From an uncultured virus (IMG/VR IMGVR_UViG_3300017783_005492) (Duplodnaviria; Heunggongvirae; Uroviricota; Caudoviricetes): a stretch of DNA of 64,000 bases. The position numbers and the translations under genes are program-made. A model generated the notes under the pieces. The model saw only the letters and a list, made by a program, of their open reading frames with translations. It was not told the DNA's origin and ran no database searches. Shown piece after piece: positions 1 through 9,080 of this stretch. The DNA lies in IMG/VR virus record IMGVR_UViG_3300017783_005492. One strand, 5' to 3'. The number at the start of each line of letters is the position of its first letter. Position 1 is the first letter of the stretch.

Positions 1-582
1 TGGTTACAGCACAACCAAGATAATCCAGAAAATAGCACTGAGCATTACCATAGATTTTATGGTCCATATCATAACTATGGAGAGATGTTTGACGTTATGC
101 ATTTGATGGGACCAGACGCGGTGATGAATGAAATTGAAAGATCATATTCTAAGCCACAACCAGAACACAAAGTTAGATTTGTTAGGTGTCATTGGTTTGC
201 ATATCAATTAGATTGGATTAAAGAAAATTTACCTGAGGTAGACATCTTAATGATGATGAGAGAGCCTATTCAATCTTTGAACTGGTGGCTTGAATCTGGT
301 GGGTGGGATATTGAATATCCTAACTATAACTGGTATAGTAACTCTCAAAACCTGCGTAGGCAAATCATGATTGAAAACGCTTGCATGGAAAAGTTTATTA
401 GAGAAAACGATTTGAAAATGAATTATCCAGTAGCTGAAGCGCCTCAGTGGATTAAAGCAAATTGGCCAGAATTAGAAAAACATTTGCCTAATAATAATAC
501 ATATCATGAGTATTTAATAAAACCATCTGATCACACTCTATTTCCTGTACTGTATAAAGGAAAAGAATCTTGCAGTATCTAG
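1..582 (+). CDS. hypothetical protein, sulfotransferase/P-loop-like; 5'-truncated by window edge; paralogue of 2027..2671
   Basis: Frame is open from base 1 (WLQHNQD...). Shares FYGP..GE, VRCHWFA, R.P.QSL.WW and YP.YN blocks with ORF 2027..2671. Confidence 0.55.
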   Translation, partial: WLQHNQDNPENSTEHYHRFYGPYHNYGEMFDVMHLMGPDAVMNEIERSYSKPQPEHKVRFVRCHWFAYQLDWIKENLPEVDILMMMREPIQSLNWWLESGGWDIEYPNYNWYSNSQNLRRQIMIENACMEKFIRENDLKMNYPVAEAPQWIKANWPELEKHLPNNNTYHEYLIKPSDHTLFPVLYKGKESCSI

Positions 583-1124
583 TATCTACTAGAACTTTAG
601 AAAGCTCAGGTGGGTACTTACATGATTGTATTGAGAGAGGCTTTTATGATTGGCTTAAAGACCATGACATTACAGCCTTACTAAATAACAATAATCAAAA
701 TATTGAAAAGCTGGCTGAAGCAAATGATGCTCTTATTTTAACTGGAGGAGATGATAATCCAGAAAGATTAAGAGTAGAAATATACGCAGTAGGCTGCTTT
801 AAGGAACTAAACAAACCCGTTATAGGTATATGTCATGGAGCATTTTTATTGACTCACTTGTTTAACGGAAAGATGATTGATGTTACAGGTCATCGACGCA
901 CTAGACATTCTATAATGTATAAATATAGACATAGCAGAACAGTGAATTCTTTTCACGGGTCTGCGATTGTTGAACCTCCAGAGCATTCTGAGGTTCTTGT
1001 GACAGACGAAGATAATTATGTAGAATCTTGGATTTTAGATAATGTTGCAGCAGTTGTTTGGCATCCGGAACGAGAGAAAGATCACTGGATACCAGACGAG
1101 ATTAAAACACTTTTAGGAGCATAA
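570..1124 (+). CDS. class I glutamine amidotransferase / peptidase C26 (gamma-glutamyl hydrolase-like)
   Basis: LILTGGDD, nucleophile elbow GICHG, VNSFH, catalytic WHPE. Confidence 0.85.
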   Translation: MQYLVSTRTLESSGGYLHDCIERGFYDWLKDHDITALLNNNNQNIEKLAEANDALILTGGDDNPERLRVEIYAVGCFKELNKPVIGICHGAFLLTHLFNGKMIDVTGHRRTRHSIMYKYRHSRTVNSFHGSAIVEPPEHSEVLVTDEDNYVESWILDNVAAVVWHPEREKDHWIPDEIKTLLGA

Positions 1125-1125
1125 C

Positions 1126-1992
1126 ATGGCATTGACCGGTAAGGAATTTGTAAAAAAGGTTGCAGATTACATTGAGCCTCTGTTCAAGAGTTCTGAAGAA
1201 CAAACACAGGCTTACTTTCGTAATGATCCAGATTTGGATGAAGCAATCTTTAATTTTAAGAGACGTATGTTTAATGAACGTATGAACATTGTAGAAATTG
1301 GTAAGACACTTGTTGAAAAGCCAGCGTCAACTGATCCCAATCATCTTAAGCTTTTGTCAAAGCAAGTCTATGACGAAGCTAAGCACTATGATATGGTTCG
1401 TAACGTCATTGAATATCTCCGCGGAGAAAAATTTACTAACGAAGAGCTAGAGCAAGAATACGCTTGGCAAATGGATAAAGCAAACGTGAAGTCAAAAGGT
1501 GCTTCTTTGTTTGACGAAATTGGTGGCGATACTAATCCAGTAATGGCGGCTGTTTATCAGTACGTTGCTGAAGGTCGTGCATCAAGAGTATGGAACGCAA
1601 TGGCAACATCAATTGATGATGAAGTTGTTTCCACATCCTATGCTAAGATTGCAAAGGACGAGCATTTCCACTCAATGATTGGTGCTAAAACACTTATGAA
1701 AGAGTGCGATAAAAATCAAGAAGCGCAAGACGCAGTAATGGCTGTACTGCCAAAAATGATGGAACGTATGTTCTGGATTAATTGTCAAGGTACTGCTGCT
1801 GTTAAATCAGGCGCGGAAAGATGCTCAGAATTCTACGGCTTTGATGCATCAGACGAAAAAATGTCTGCGATGGGTAAAGCTTGGGTAGAATTAAAAGATG
1901 CTTCTGCTAACTGGAAACCAGTAGTAAGAGGTGCTTTTAAGAAGCATGACGCATCAGACGAAATGGCGATTGATAACTTTTCTTTTGCATAG
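1126..1992 (+). CDS. ferritin-like diiron-carboxylate protein
   Basis: Two DExxH motifs (DEAKH, DEHFH) with upstream Glu residues (NERMN, AEGRA); helical; GGAG RBS. Confidence 0.7.
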   Translation: MALTGKEFVKKVADYIEPLFKSSEEQTQAYFRNDPDLDEAIFNFKRRMFNERMNIVEIGKTLVEKPASTDPNHLKLLSKQVYDEAKHYDMVRNVIEYLRGEKFTNEELEQEYAWQMDKANVKSKGASLFDEIGGDTNPVMAAVYQYVAEGRASRVWNAMATSIDDEVVSTSYAKIAKDEHFHSMIGAKTLMKECDKNQEAQDAVMAVLPKMMERMFWINCQGTAAVKSGAERCSEFYGFDASDEKMSAMGKAWVELKDASANWKPVVRGAFKKHDASDEMAIDNFSFA

Positions 1993-1994
1993 GG

Positions 1995-2023
1995 TTTACA
2001 TCCTTTAATTATTATGGTATAAT
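1995..2023 (+). promoter_or_regulatory. sigma70-like early promoter
   Basis: TTTACA-17bp-TATAAT with TG extension. Confidence 0.7.
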
Positions 2024-2026
2024 ATA

Positions 2027-2671
2027 ATGGATATCTGGTTTTGTGGAATACCCGGATCTAAGTGGAGTGGCATTGATATTCACATGAGGCACTCGCTTCC
2101 TGTGAATAGATCAGACGAATCTGAAGAACGTTTACATTTTCATAAACACAATGAAAAAGGTTATACGTTCAACGGGCATAGAGGTAGTTATTGGGGTCCA
2201 GGGCAAGGCTGCGGCGAGTCCTGGACTGACCTCGCCAAAATTGGCAAAGATAACATACTTGAAGAAATATCTAAAGAATTTGCTGGTGAAGGTATTCGAG
2301 TAATAAAATCTCACGCGTTTGCAAGGTACGATAACCTGCAATTCATTTACGATAATTTCAAAAACGACTATATGGTATTACTTAAACGTAAGCCACTACA
2401 AAGCTTTCTATGGTGGAATGCAATCATGTCTTTTGATGATGATGTCTATCCGTCATATAATGAAATGTATGAAAACTCTACTACAATGAAAAAAAGATTG
2501 ATAGAAGAGGATGAATATATAAAACAGTTCGCAGAGAAAATGAAGTTTAAGTGGAGTTTATACGAACCTAAAACTTCATTCCTTGAGATACCTGGGTTTG
2601 ATCCTGAGGCTGCGGAAGAATTTACTAAGAATCATGATGATGTTTACATTACCGTGAATAAAATTACTTAA
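2027..2671 (+). CDS. hypothetical protein, sulfotransferase/P-loop-like
   Basis: N-terminal CGIPGSKWS loop, IKSH motif; paralogue of ORF 1..582. Confidence 0.55.
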   Translation: MDIWFCGIPGSKWSGIDIHMRHSLPVNRSDESEERLHFHKHNEKGYTFNGHRGSYWGPGQGCGESWTDLAKIGKDNILEEISKEFAGEGIRVIKSHAFARYDNLQFIYDNFKNDYMVLLKRKPLQSFLWWNAIMSFDDDVYPSYNEMYENSTTMKKRLIEEDEYIKQFAEKMKFKWSLYEPKTSFLEIPGFDPEAAEEFTKNHDDVYITVNKIT

Positions 2672-2684
2672 TGGAGTAGAATGA

Positions 2685-3737
2685 ATGAAAACCTTAATTA
2701 TCTCGCTGTTCACTGCAGCAGCATTTTCCTTTTCAGCATTTGCTGAAACTCTCGAGGTTCAGTATCCCTCACAGCCTGGCGCACAAGGTACAACCCTATG
2801 GGGCGACACCACAGTTAAAGAGCTGCAGAAATATACTGATCATACACTAGTACCAAGATTTGTTTCTGGTGCTCGTGGTAAAAAATCCTTAAAGGCCTAT
2901 TCAGGCACAGATAAATCTACGATTCTTATTACACATGGTGGTAATGGTGAAGCATTCCTTATCGAAGATGTAGGAGATTTTGATTACGCTGACTACACAC
3001 CAGTAGTAATTATGAATTCTTCTATGTGGATTTCAAAGGTAGCTAATCGTAAAGGTGTAATGACTTTTCCACTTGATGGTGGATCAGGCTTTGGTCCAGA
3101 TTGGCTTTCAGTTGGTATGCTAGAATGTGGTCCAGAACGTACCACTACGGTTGATGACTTTCTTACATGCGTAAATACTGAAATGCGTTTAGTCGGCGGA
3201 TTCAAAAAAGGTGGTATGCGTAGAAAGGCATTTAATGATCAGCTACTACAAGGTAGCCGTGATACAATGGCTTCTGCTTTAGCAGCATCCTCACGTCAAT
3301 ACGATGCCGGTACTCATGTAGTATGGTATTCACATGGTATTGTTGATGCAGTAAACGGCAAGTACGGAGATCCAAATAATCCAGCTGACCAAGGTACTTT
3401 TGAAGTTGTGTATGAAGCAACACATGGTGTAGCACCTTCAGGTCCAGTGTATGATGCTTATTTGCTTAACCAAGGTTACCGTGATGGATTGCAAAAGACG
3501 CTGTTTACTCATAAAGATAATCCATACTTAGATGATATTCGTGAGGCTGTTAATAAAATGATTAACAACCCTGAATCTCTAGCAAAATTGCAAGAGCGTT
3601 TAGGTAACTATCCATGGATTGACGGTGTAGATGCACAAGCTCACACTAGCTATATTACGTCTCTTAAAACACCTCAGGCAGAAGCGGATCTAAAAAGAAT
3701 TGCTAAAGTTTGGTTTAAGTACGACGTAAAAGACTAA
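2685..3737 (+). CDS. tripartite tricarboxylate transporter substrate-binding protein (TctC/Bug-like)
   Basis: Signal peptide ending AFA, P..PG..GT..W and SGARG motifs; adjacent to a TctA-like permease. Confidence 0.65.
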   Translation: MKTLIISLFTAAAFSFSAFAETLEVQYPSQPGAQGTTLWGDTTVKELQKYTDHTLVPRFVSGARGKKSLKAYSGTDKSTILITHGGNGEAFLIEDVGDFDYADYTPVVIMNSSMWISKVANRKGVMTFPLDGGSGFGPDWLSVGMLECGPERTTTVDDFLTCVNTEMRLVGGFKKGGMRRKAFNDQLLQGSRDTMASALAASSRQYDAGTHVVWYSHGIVDAVNGKYGDPNNPADQGTFEVVYEATHGVAPSGPVYDAYLLNQGYRDGLQKTLFTHKDNPYLDDIREAVNKMINNPESLAKLQERLGNYPWIDGVDAQAHTSYITSLKTPQAEADLKRIAKVWFKYDVKD

Positions 3738-3741
3738 TCTA

Positions 3742-5256
3742 ATGATCGAATCTCTAGTAACTCTCCCACTGTATATGCAGTGGGGGATTATCGTGACAAT
3801 AGGAGTACTGTATGGGTCTATAATTGGACTCATACCTTCAGCTGGTCCAGCCAAAGCATTAATTATGTTATTTGGTTTGGCTCAGCTGTTTGATACGCCT
3901 GGTGCAGAATATCTTTTTGTTCTGTTTGCTATGGCTGTACTAGTGTCATGCTCAATTGGAGATTCGTTTGCTTCAGTTCTTATTGGCATCCCTGGTGCTG
4001 ATGGAACTGCAGCTACAATGGTAGATGGATTTCCTTTAGCAAAACAAGGGAAAGCTAGCTATGCATTGTCAGCAGCAATCACTACTTCAACGCTAGGAGG
4101 ATTGTTGTTTGGTATTATAGGATTTGCCCTATTTCCAATGTACGAATTAATTAGTTCTTATGTTGGCATTCCAGAAATATTTGGAATGATTATATTATCA
4201 TTTTCACTAATTACTTTAATTACGACTAAGCATACATTGAGATGCTTAGTAGCTTTGGCCCTTGGAATATTCGTAGGACTTGTCGGATATGATATTTATT
4301 CTACCCCAAGGTGGACCGGCGGAATAGAATATCTAGTTGATGGTGTGTCAATTGTTATTGTAACCGCCGGTCTATTTGCTATACCAGAAATGATTTATGT
4401 TCTAACTAAAAAGAATGAATATGAACATATAAACAGTAAAGAACACGCTAAGCAAACATGGCAAGGCATAGTTGATACTGGTAAAAACTGGTACATTGCT
4501 TTGCAAGGTTCATTAATTGGGTTTATAGTTGGAGTCTTACCCGGAACTGGAGGAGGCATTGGAGACTGGTCTGCTTATACTGCAACTACAGCAATATGTA
4601 GAAAAGAAACAATTCCATTTGGTAAAGGTAATATCAAAGGTGTAATAGGAAGTGAAGGCGCAAACAATTCCGGCAAAGCTGGAGCTATACTTCCTGCGTT
4701 TTTATTTGGTATCCCAGGCAATCGCGGCGTTGCTATCATCATGGCATTGTTTTTATATGTAGGATTTGAAATGGGATCAATGCAGGTGATTGAGGATACA
4801 GAATTTACTCATCATTTGTATTGGGGATATATGCTTGGTACAGCTATTTCAGGCGTTGTACTTCTTATATTTGCTAGACAAGTTTCAAAAGTAGTTTACA
4901 TTAAGCCAATTTATTGGGTTCCTGTTATGGCAGCTTTAACTATTTGGTCTGTACTAGCAGCTAGATATTATTCTACAATGTACGAAGATCTGATTATGCT
5001 TACCATCTTTAGTATTTTAGGGTGGTATATGAGAAGATATGAATTTAGTAGACCGGCATTTTTGATTGCGTTTTTCTTAGCAGAAAGATTAGAAGCAGGT
5101 TTATATCAAATGCAAGCGCTATATTTTTGGGAAGGTAATTATATAATAAACCCAATATGGGGAATGCACCCAATCATGACTGCCTGCTTAATTCTCGCCG
5201 TAGGCCTAGTAGGTTATGGAACTATGCGAGATAAATCATTAACAACGTATAGCTAA
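3742..5256 (+). CDS. tctA: tripartite tricarboxylate transporter large permease TctA
   Basis: About 12 TM segments; IGLIP, IGIPG..GTAATMVDGFPLAKQGKA, GVIGSEGANNS, FGIPG, RPAFLIAF signatures. Confidence 0.85.
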   Translation: MIESLVTLPLYMQWGIIVTIGVLYGSIIGLIPSAGPAKALIMLFGLAQLFDTPGAEYLFVLFAMAVLVSCSIGDSFASVLIGIPGADGTAATMVDGFPLAKQGKASYALSAAITTSTLGGLLFGIIGFALFPMYELISSYVGIPEIFGMIILSFSLITLITTKHTLRCLVALALGIFVGLVGYDIYSTPRWTGGIEYLVDGVSIVIVTAGLFAIPEMIYVLTKKNEYEHINSKEHAKQTWQGIVDTGKNWYIALQGSLIGFIVGVLPGTGGGIGDWSAYTATTAICRKETIPFGKGNIKGVIGSEGANNSGKAGAILPAFLFGIPGNRGVAIIMALFLYVGFEMGSMQVIEDTEFTHHLYWGYMLGTAISGVVLLIFARQVSKVVYIKPIYWVPVMAALTIWSVLAARYYSTMYEDLIMLTIFSILGWYMRRYEFSRPAFLIAFFLAERLEAGLYQMQALYFWEGNYIINPIWGMHPIMTACLILAVGLVGYGTMRDKSLTTYS

Positions 5257-5265
5257 GAGGCAAAA

Positions 5266-6198
5266 ATGATTTATACAAGAAACGGAAAATTAAAATTTGA
5301 TCGTAGCTTACAAGAACTGTTAGCAGAGCGAGAAAATTTAACGATAACTCAACACGATCGCAAAACAGGCGATGGTAAATTAAAATTTAGAAATTGTGAT
5401 TTTAGATATCAAGATTTTAGAGGGTGGACTTTCGAAAAGCTCGTTTTAGACGAATGTGATTTTACAGGATCAGATTTAAGAGGTGCAACTTTTAAGCAAT
5501 GCGGTCTAAGATCTGTGCTTTTCGAAAGATGCCAATTGGATGCAGCAGAATTTATTAAATGTAATTTAAGAGAAGGTGCGGTAAGATATTCATTTGCACC
5601 TGAAATTACATTCTATTCTTGCAACATGGTTACTACTAATATTGAAAAGCTTGATGCACCTAGATCTAGGTGGGAATATAATGATATGCGTAAAGTAAAT
5701 GCAAGAGGTGCAGACTTTATGTATGGTGAATTTAAGTTAAATAAAATGCGCGGCATGAATACACGCAACGCAAATTTCTCATGGTCAAATGCTCCTAACT
5801 TTTTTCATGATGAAGCATTACAGTATGAGTACTTGGATGACGATGTTGAGGTTACTGGATACAAACTTACTGCTGCAGATGCGAGAGGAATTTATCACCC
5901 TAAGATTACCTATGAAGTAGGTAAAGAATTTGATGCAGAAGACCAAAATGGTGAACACGTACCTCTTGATCCAGCAACTAATACAGGAATGGCTGTAGCT
6001 AATATGGCTTGGGTTCTAAGGGAATGGGTTGCGTGTGGAGCTTACAGTGACTACAGGCTTTTTCAAGCAACATTCAAAGTAAAAGATATAATGGAAAATG
6101 AAGGCACTGGAAAATTTAATGTAAAGAAAATGAAAATCATTAAAGAAATTGATATGAAGCCTTTTTATGAGTTGATGACGGAAAACATATATGATTGA
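5266..6198 (+). CDS. pentapeptide repeat protein with a C-terminal phage domain
   Basis: Repeats such as CDFTG SDLRG ATFKQ and ADFMY; C-terminal GYKL...YEVGK domain. Confidence 0.75.
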   Translation: MIYTRNGKLKFDRSLQELLAERENLTITQHDRKTGDGKLKFRNCDFRYQDFRGWTFEKLVLDECDFTGSDLRGATFKQCGLRSVLFERCQLDAAEFIKCNLREGAVRYSFAPEITFYSCNMVTTNIEKLDAPRSRWEYNDMRKVNARGADFMYGEFKLNKMRGMNTRNANFSWSNAPNFFHDEALQYEYLDDDVEVTGYKLTAADARGIYHPKITYEVGKEFDAEDQNGEHVPLDPATNTGMAVANMAWVLREWVACGAYSDYRLFQATFKVKDIMENEGTGKFNVKKMKIIKEIDMKPFYELMTENIYD

Positions 6199-6868
6199 TA
6201 TTACTGGCCAGTTTGAACTTTCTGATTGGTGGAACAAATCTATAGAAGAAAGAGACTCTGATTGGAAGGCTACATATACCCGTAAAGAGTTAGGATACGA
6301 TGAGTACGTAGGAAAATTTACTTACGACACAAGAAAATTCACTGGTGAATTCCTACTTAAAGAAATTAAGAAGGATGGATCCGGTGTTTTTGTTTTAGAT
6401 GTTGGATGCGGAAACAACCCTTTCAAAAATAGATTAAAAAATGTCATTGGCGTTGAGCCAGGAACATGGGGAAGCCCTGACATAAACACTGACCTTCAAG
6501 GTGCTTATGATATATTCAAAGAAAATACTTTTGATTGGATATTGGCTATTGGTGTTTTACACCACCACAACACTGAAACTATACATACTATGATTGAGCA
6601 AATGAAGCACCTTGTAAAGTCTAATGGAAAAATTGCTTGTTTGTGTAAACCATTTAACGGATACAAAGCAGGAGCAGAACTATACCCTTGGTCGTTTGAA
6701 ACAACGCATGCATTTAGTAAAGCTCATAACCTAGAATACTATTTAGATCCAGTAATTGATTATACCTATGCTTCTAAAGTAGAGGAAAATGAAAGATTTT
6801 ACTTAAGAGATCCTGTCAAAAATGGTAAAACTCGTGAAAGGATTTTTTGGATATGGCAGAAGAAGTAA
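6191..6868 (+). CDS. class I SAM-dependent methyltransferase
   Basis: Motif I VLDVGCG, FDWILAIGVLHH. Confidence 0.8.
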   Translation: MIDITGQFELSDWWNKSIEERDSDWKATYTRKELGYDEYVGKFTYDTRKFTGEFLLKEIKKDGSGVFVLDVGCGNNPFKNRLKNVIGVEPGTWGSPDINTDLQGAYDIFKENTFDWILAIGVLHHHNTETIHTMIEQMKHLVKSNGKIACLCKPFNGYKAGAELYPWSFETTHAFSKAHNLEYYLDPVIDYTYASKVEENERFYLRDPVKNGKTRERIFWIWQKK

Positions 6869-7827
6869 CACGAGCCGGACCGATTTCAAAGCCGGTTGAG
6901 CTAACACAAAAGCAAAAAATAAGATACTCTAAAAGAGCTGATCAAATTGGTGATGGTGATAGATACGATCCTGAATATGTAGCTAACTCTACAAGAGAAT
7001 GGAGACTTGAAAAACTAAAGGATCACTTTAGCAATGATTGGTCTGAGGTTATTAGAGTAACAAGTCACGCTAAGACTGGATCAGGATTTGCTTGCGTAAG
7101 TGTTTTTAATGAAAAGAAATGTAATGTTGTATTAGACTTAGGTTGTGGAAATAACATTATGAAAGAGCATATCAATAATATGATAGGTATTGACTTGCTT
7201 CCTTGGTATAACAATGCAGACATTGTAATGGACGTTTTAGAATATTTACAATCTCTAAAAAGTGAAACAATCGATGGTATTAGATGTGTTGGTCCTTTTA
7301 ACTTTGGTACTGAAGATGAAATATTAGAGCTTATTTTTGAATGTGCTAGAGTTTTAAGACCTGATGGATTGATTTGTTGCCATGCCAGACCAGGACGTAT
7401 ATCAGATGAAAAACAGTTTAATAGAAGAGGTATGATTCATTACCCTTGGACCCGCGCAAAAATTAAAGAATTTGGAGACGCGGCTAATCTTGAATTATGT
7501 CCTTACAATCTTTCTGTACCTGAAATGAAACAGCCTATTATCACAGAATGGACAGATCTAAAGCAGCTAACATGGCCTATACTTAACTCATACATCGGAA
7601 GATACGACGAAAAAACTACTACCGTTGATGAGTGGAATCGTTGGATTAATAGGAATCATGACAAAGGTGACATGATTGATCCACAAGAACCAAGTGAACA
7701 ATTTCATGACATTCATATTAAATGTCTAAACGAAAAATTTAGAAGATTACAAAGCCCATTATACTCCACAGAACTTTCTGATGGAGTACGACCAAGGTTG
7801 AACTGGTGGTGGAAAAAGAACAAATAA
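6847..7827 (+). CDS. class I SAM-dependent methyltransferase
   Basis: VLDLGCG, GIDL, RVLRPDG. Confidence 0.8.
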   Translation: MDMAEEVTRAGPISKPVELTQKQKIRYSKRADQIGDGDRYDPEYVANSTREWRLEKLKDHFSNDWSEVIRVTSHAKTGSGFACVSVFNEKKCNVVLDLGCGNNIMKEHINNMIGIDLLPWYNNADIVMDVLEYLQSLKSETIDGIRCVGPFNFGTEDEILELIFECARVLRPDGLICCHARPGRISDEKQFNRRGMIHYPWTRAKIKEFGDAANLELCPYNLSVPEMKQPIITEWTDLKQLTWPILNSYIGRYDEKTTTVDEWNRWINRNHDKGDMIDPQEPSEQFHDIHIKCLNEKFRRLQSPLYSTELSDGVRPRLNWWWKKNK

Positions 7828-8408
7828 TTGCAAGGTACTCATCTTCTGATGAACTTGAAAAAAGAAACCTAGCACTCTACAGACAATTATCTGGATTAAA
7901 CTTAGCTAAAGAAATAGCTAATACAAAGCCTGATCTTGTAGTTGACTTAGGCTGTGGTGGAAATGTATTCAAAGAACACGTTCCAAATTTAATTGGTATT
8001 GATCTTGTATCTCATCCAAACGTAGACATCGTCGATGACCTTCACAACGCTGAATTTCTTTTAAGAAGAAAAGCTGACTGGATTCTAAACTTCGGTCCAC
8101 TTCAGTATACTGATCCTCAACCTCAAGTTGCAATGATGTCACGAATGCTAAACGATCATGGCACTATCGTAGCACACGCTGATCCAAAAAAGATTTCCTT
8201 TGATGAAGTTTGGGGATTAGGTGAAAGAAATGGTTTAAGAGTTTCACAGGTAGGTGACTCATATACAGACACCTCATTAATGACTCCAGAAGATAAAGCA
8301 ATCCAACTAAAGGTTTGTAAAAAACATAACATCCCCTTTGACAAATTTATTCAGCCACGATTAACTTGGCGCTGGCAAAAAAAATTTATTTTTGAACTTT
8401 TTTGCTAA
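7806..8408 (+). CDS. class I SAM-dependent methyltransferase
   Basis: VVDLGCG, GIDL, ADWIL. Confidence 0.75.
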   Translation: MVEKEQIIARYSSSDELEKRNLALYRQLSGLNLAKEIANTKPDLVVDLGCGGNVFKEHVPNLIGIDLVSHPNVDIVDDLHNAEFLLRRKADWILNFGPLQYTDPQPQVAMMSRMLNDHGTIVAHADPKKISFDEVWGLGERNGLRVSQVGDSYTDTSLMTPEDKAIQLKVCKKHNIPFDKFIQPRLTWRWQKKFIFELFC

Positions 8409-8456
8409 GCCATTGTTTTTGTTGAATATAAAAATGCACTTTTTTGCATTTTTTCC

Positions 8457-8513
8457 TTTACTTTTCAGAAGAAATGGTGTATAATAGTACTATAAAATGG
8501 AAAAGAAAGGAAA
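8457..8513 (+). promoter_or_regulatory. early promoter with conserved leader/RBS
   Basis: TTTACT(8457)-17bp-TATAAT(8480), then AGTACTATAAAATGGAAAAGAAAGG. Confidence 0.85.
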
Positions 8514-8517
8514 TTCT

Positions 8518-8790
8518 ATGATTAATAAAATAAAAAAAATAAATGTTTCAGAAACTTGCGGTTGGGTTGGAATGATTCTAATCCACGGTGCAACGGCTCC
8601 GACATCAATCGGATACATTATGGGATATTCTACTGATCTCCCGCCATTGAACTTCATACTTCTAATATGGCTTGGATTAGTACTCTTCTTGATAAGAGCG
8701 ATATATGCTAAAGATACTCTTTACATTGTATCTAATGCGATCGGATTCGCACTAAATAGTCTCTTATTAAGTTTAATCGCATTTAATTAA
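8518..8790 (+). CDS. small membrane protein (about 3 TM)
   Basis: Hydrophobic helices; ATG 8518 follows AAGGA. Confidence 0.7.
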   Translation: MINKIKKINVSETCGWVGMILIHGATAPTSIGYIMGYSTDLPPLNFILLIWLGLVLFLIRAIYAKDTLYIVSNAIGFALNSLLLSLIAFN

Positions 8791-8809
8791 AAAAAAATAC
8801 ACTTTTTCC

Positions 8810-8862
8810 TTTACAATTCAAAAGAAATAGTGTATAATAGATCTATAAAATGGAAAAGGAAG
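8810..8862 (+). promoter_or_regulatory. early promoter with conserved leader/RBS
   Basis: TTTACA(8810)-17bp-TATAAT(8833), then AGATCTATAAAATGGAAAAGGAA. Confidence 0.85.
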
Positions 8863-8879
8863 TAAATATTATGACATAG

Positions 8880-9055
8880 CGAAGGTAAAGATTGAGAGGC
8901 TGAATAAGGGAGATCACTAATAAGATCGACAGTCTCAGAGGTTTACAAGTCTGGTACGACTCAGGGAACCGTAATCTTAAATAGAATGTACCCTATCCTC
9001 CTCAAGGGGCGGACCAACCGGTCGAGGAGGATAGATGTCAGGCTAACCGCCCCAC
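8880..9055 (+). ncRNA. candidate structured RNA with pseudoknots
   Basis: No long ORF; GC-richer than flanks; complementary pairs GAGGCTG/CAGTCTC, AGTC/GACT, GGTAC/GTACC, CTATCCTCCTC/GAGGAGGATAG, GGGGCGG/CCGCCCC. Confidence 0.55.
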
Positions 9056-9080
9056 TTTATATTATGGAAAAGGAAATTTA

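Noticed and set aside
8497..8517. ATG inside the conserved leader (ATAAAATGGAAAAGG) used as a start by the ORF track (also 37805)
   Set aside because: Its frame relative to the downstream gene differs between copies and it has no upstream SD; the real starts follow the AAGGA
8871..9080. Group I or group II intron interrupting a gene after ATG ACA
   Set aside because: No GUGYG 5' end or domain V and no convincing P7 elements; the downstream ORF has its own RBS
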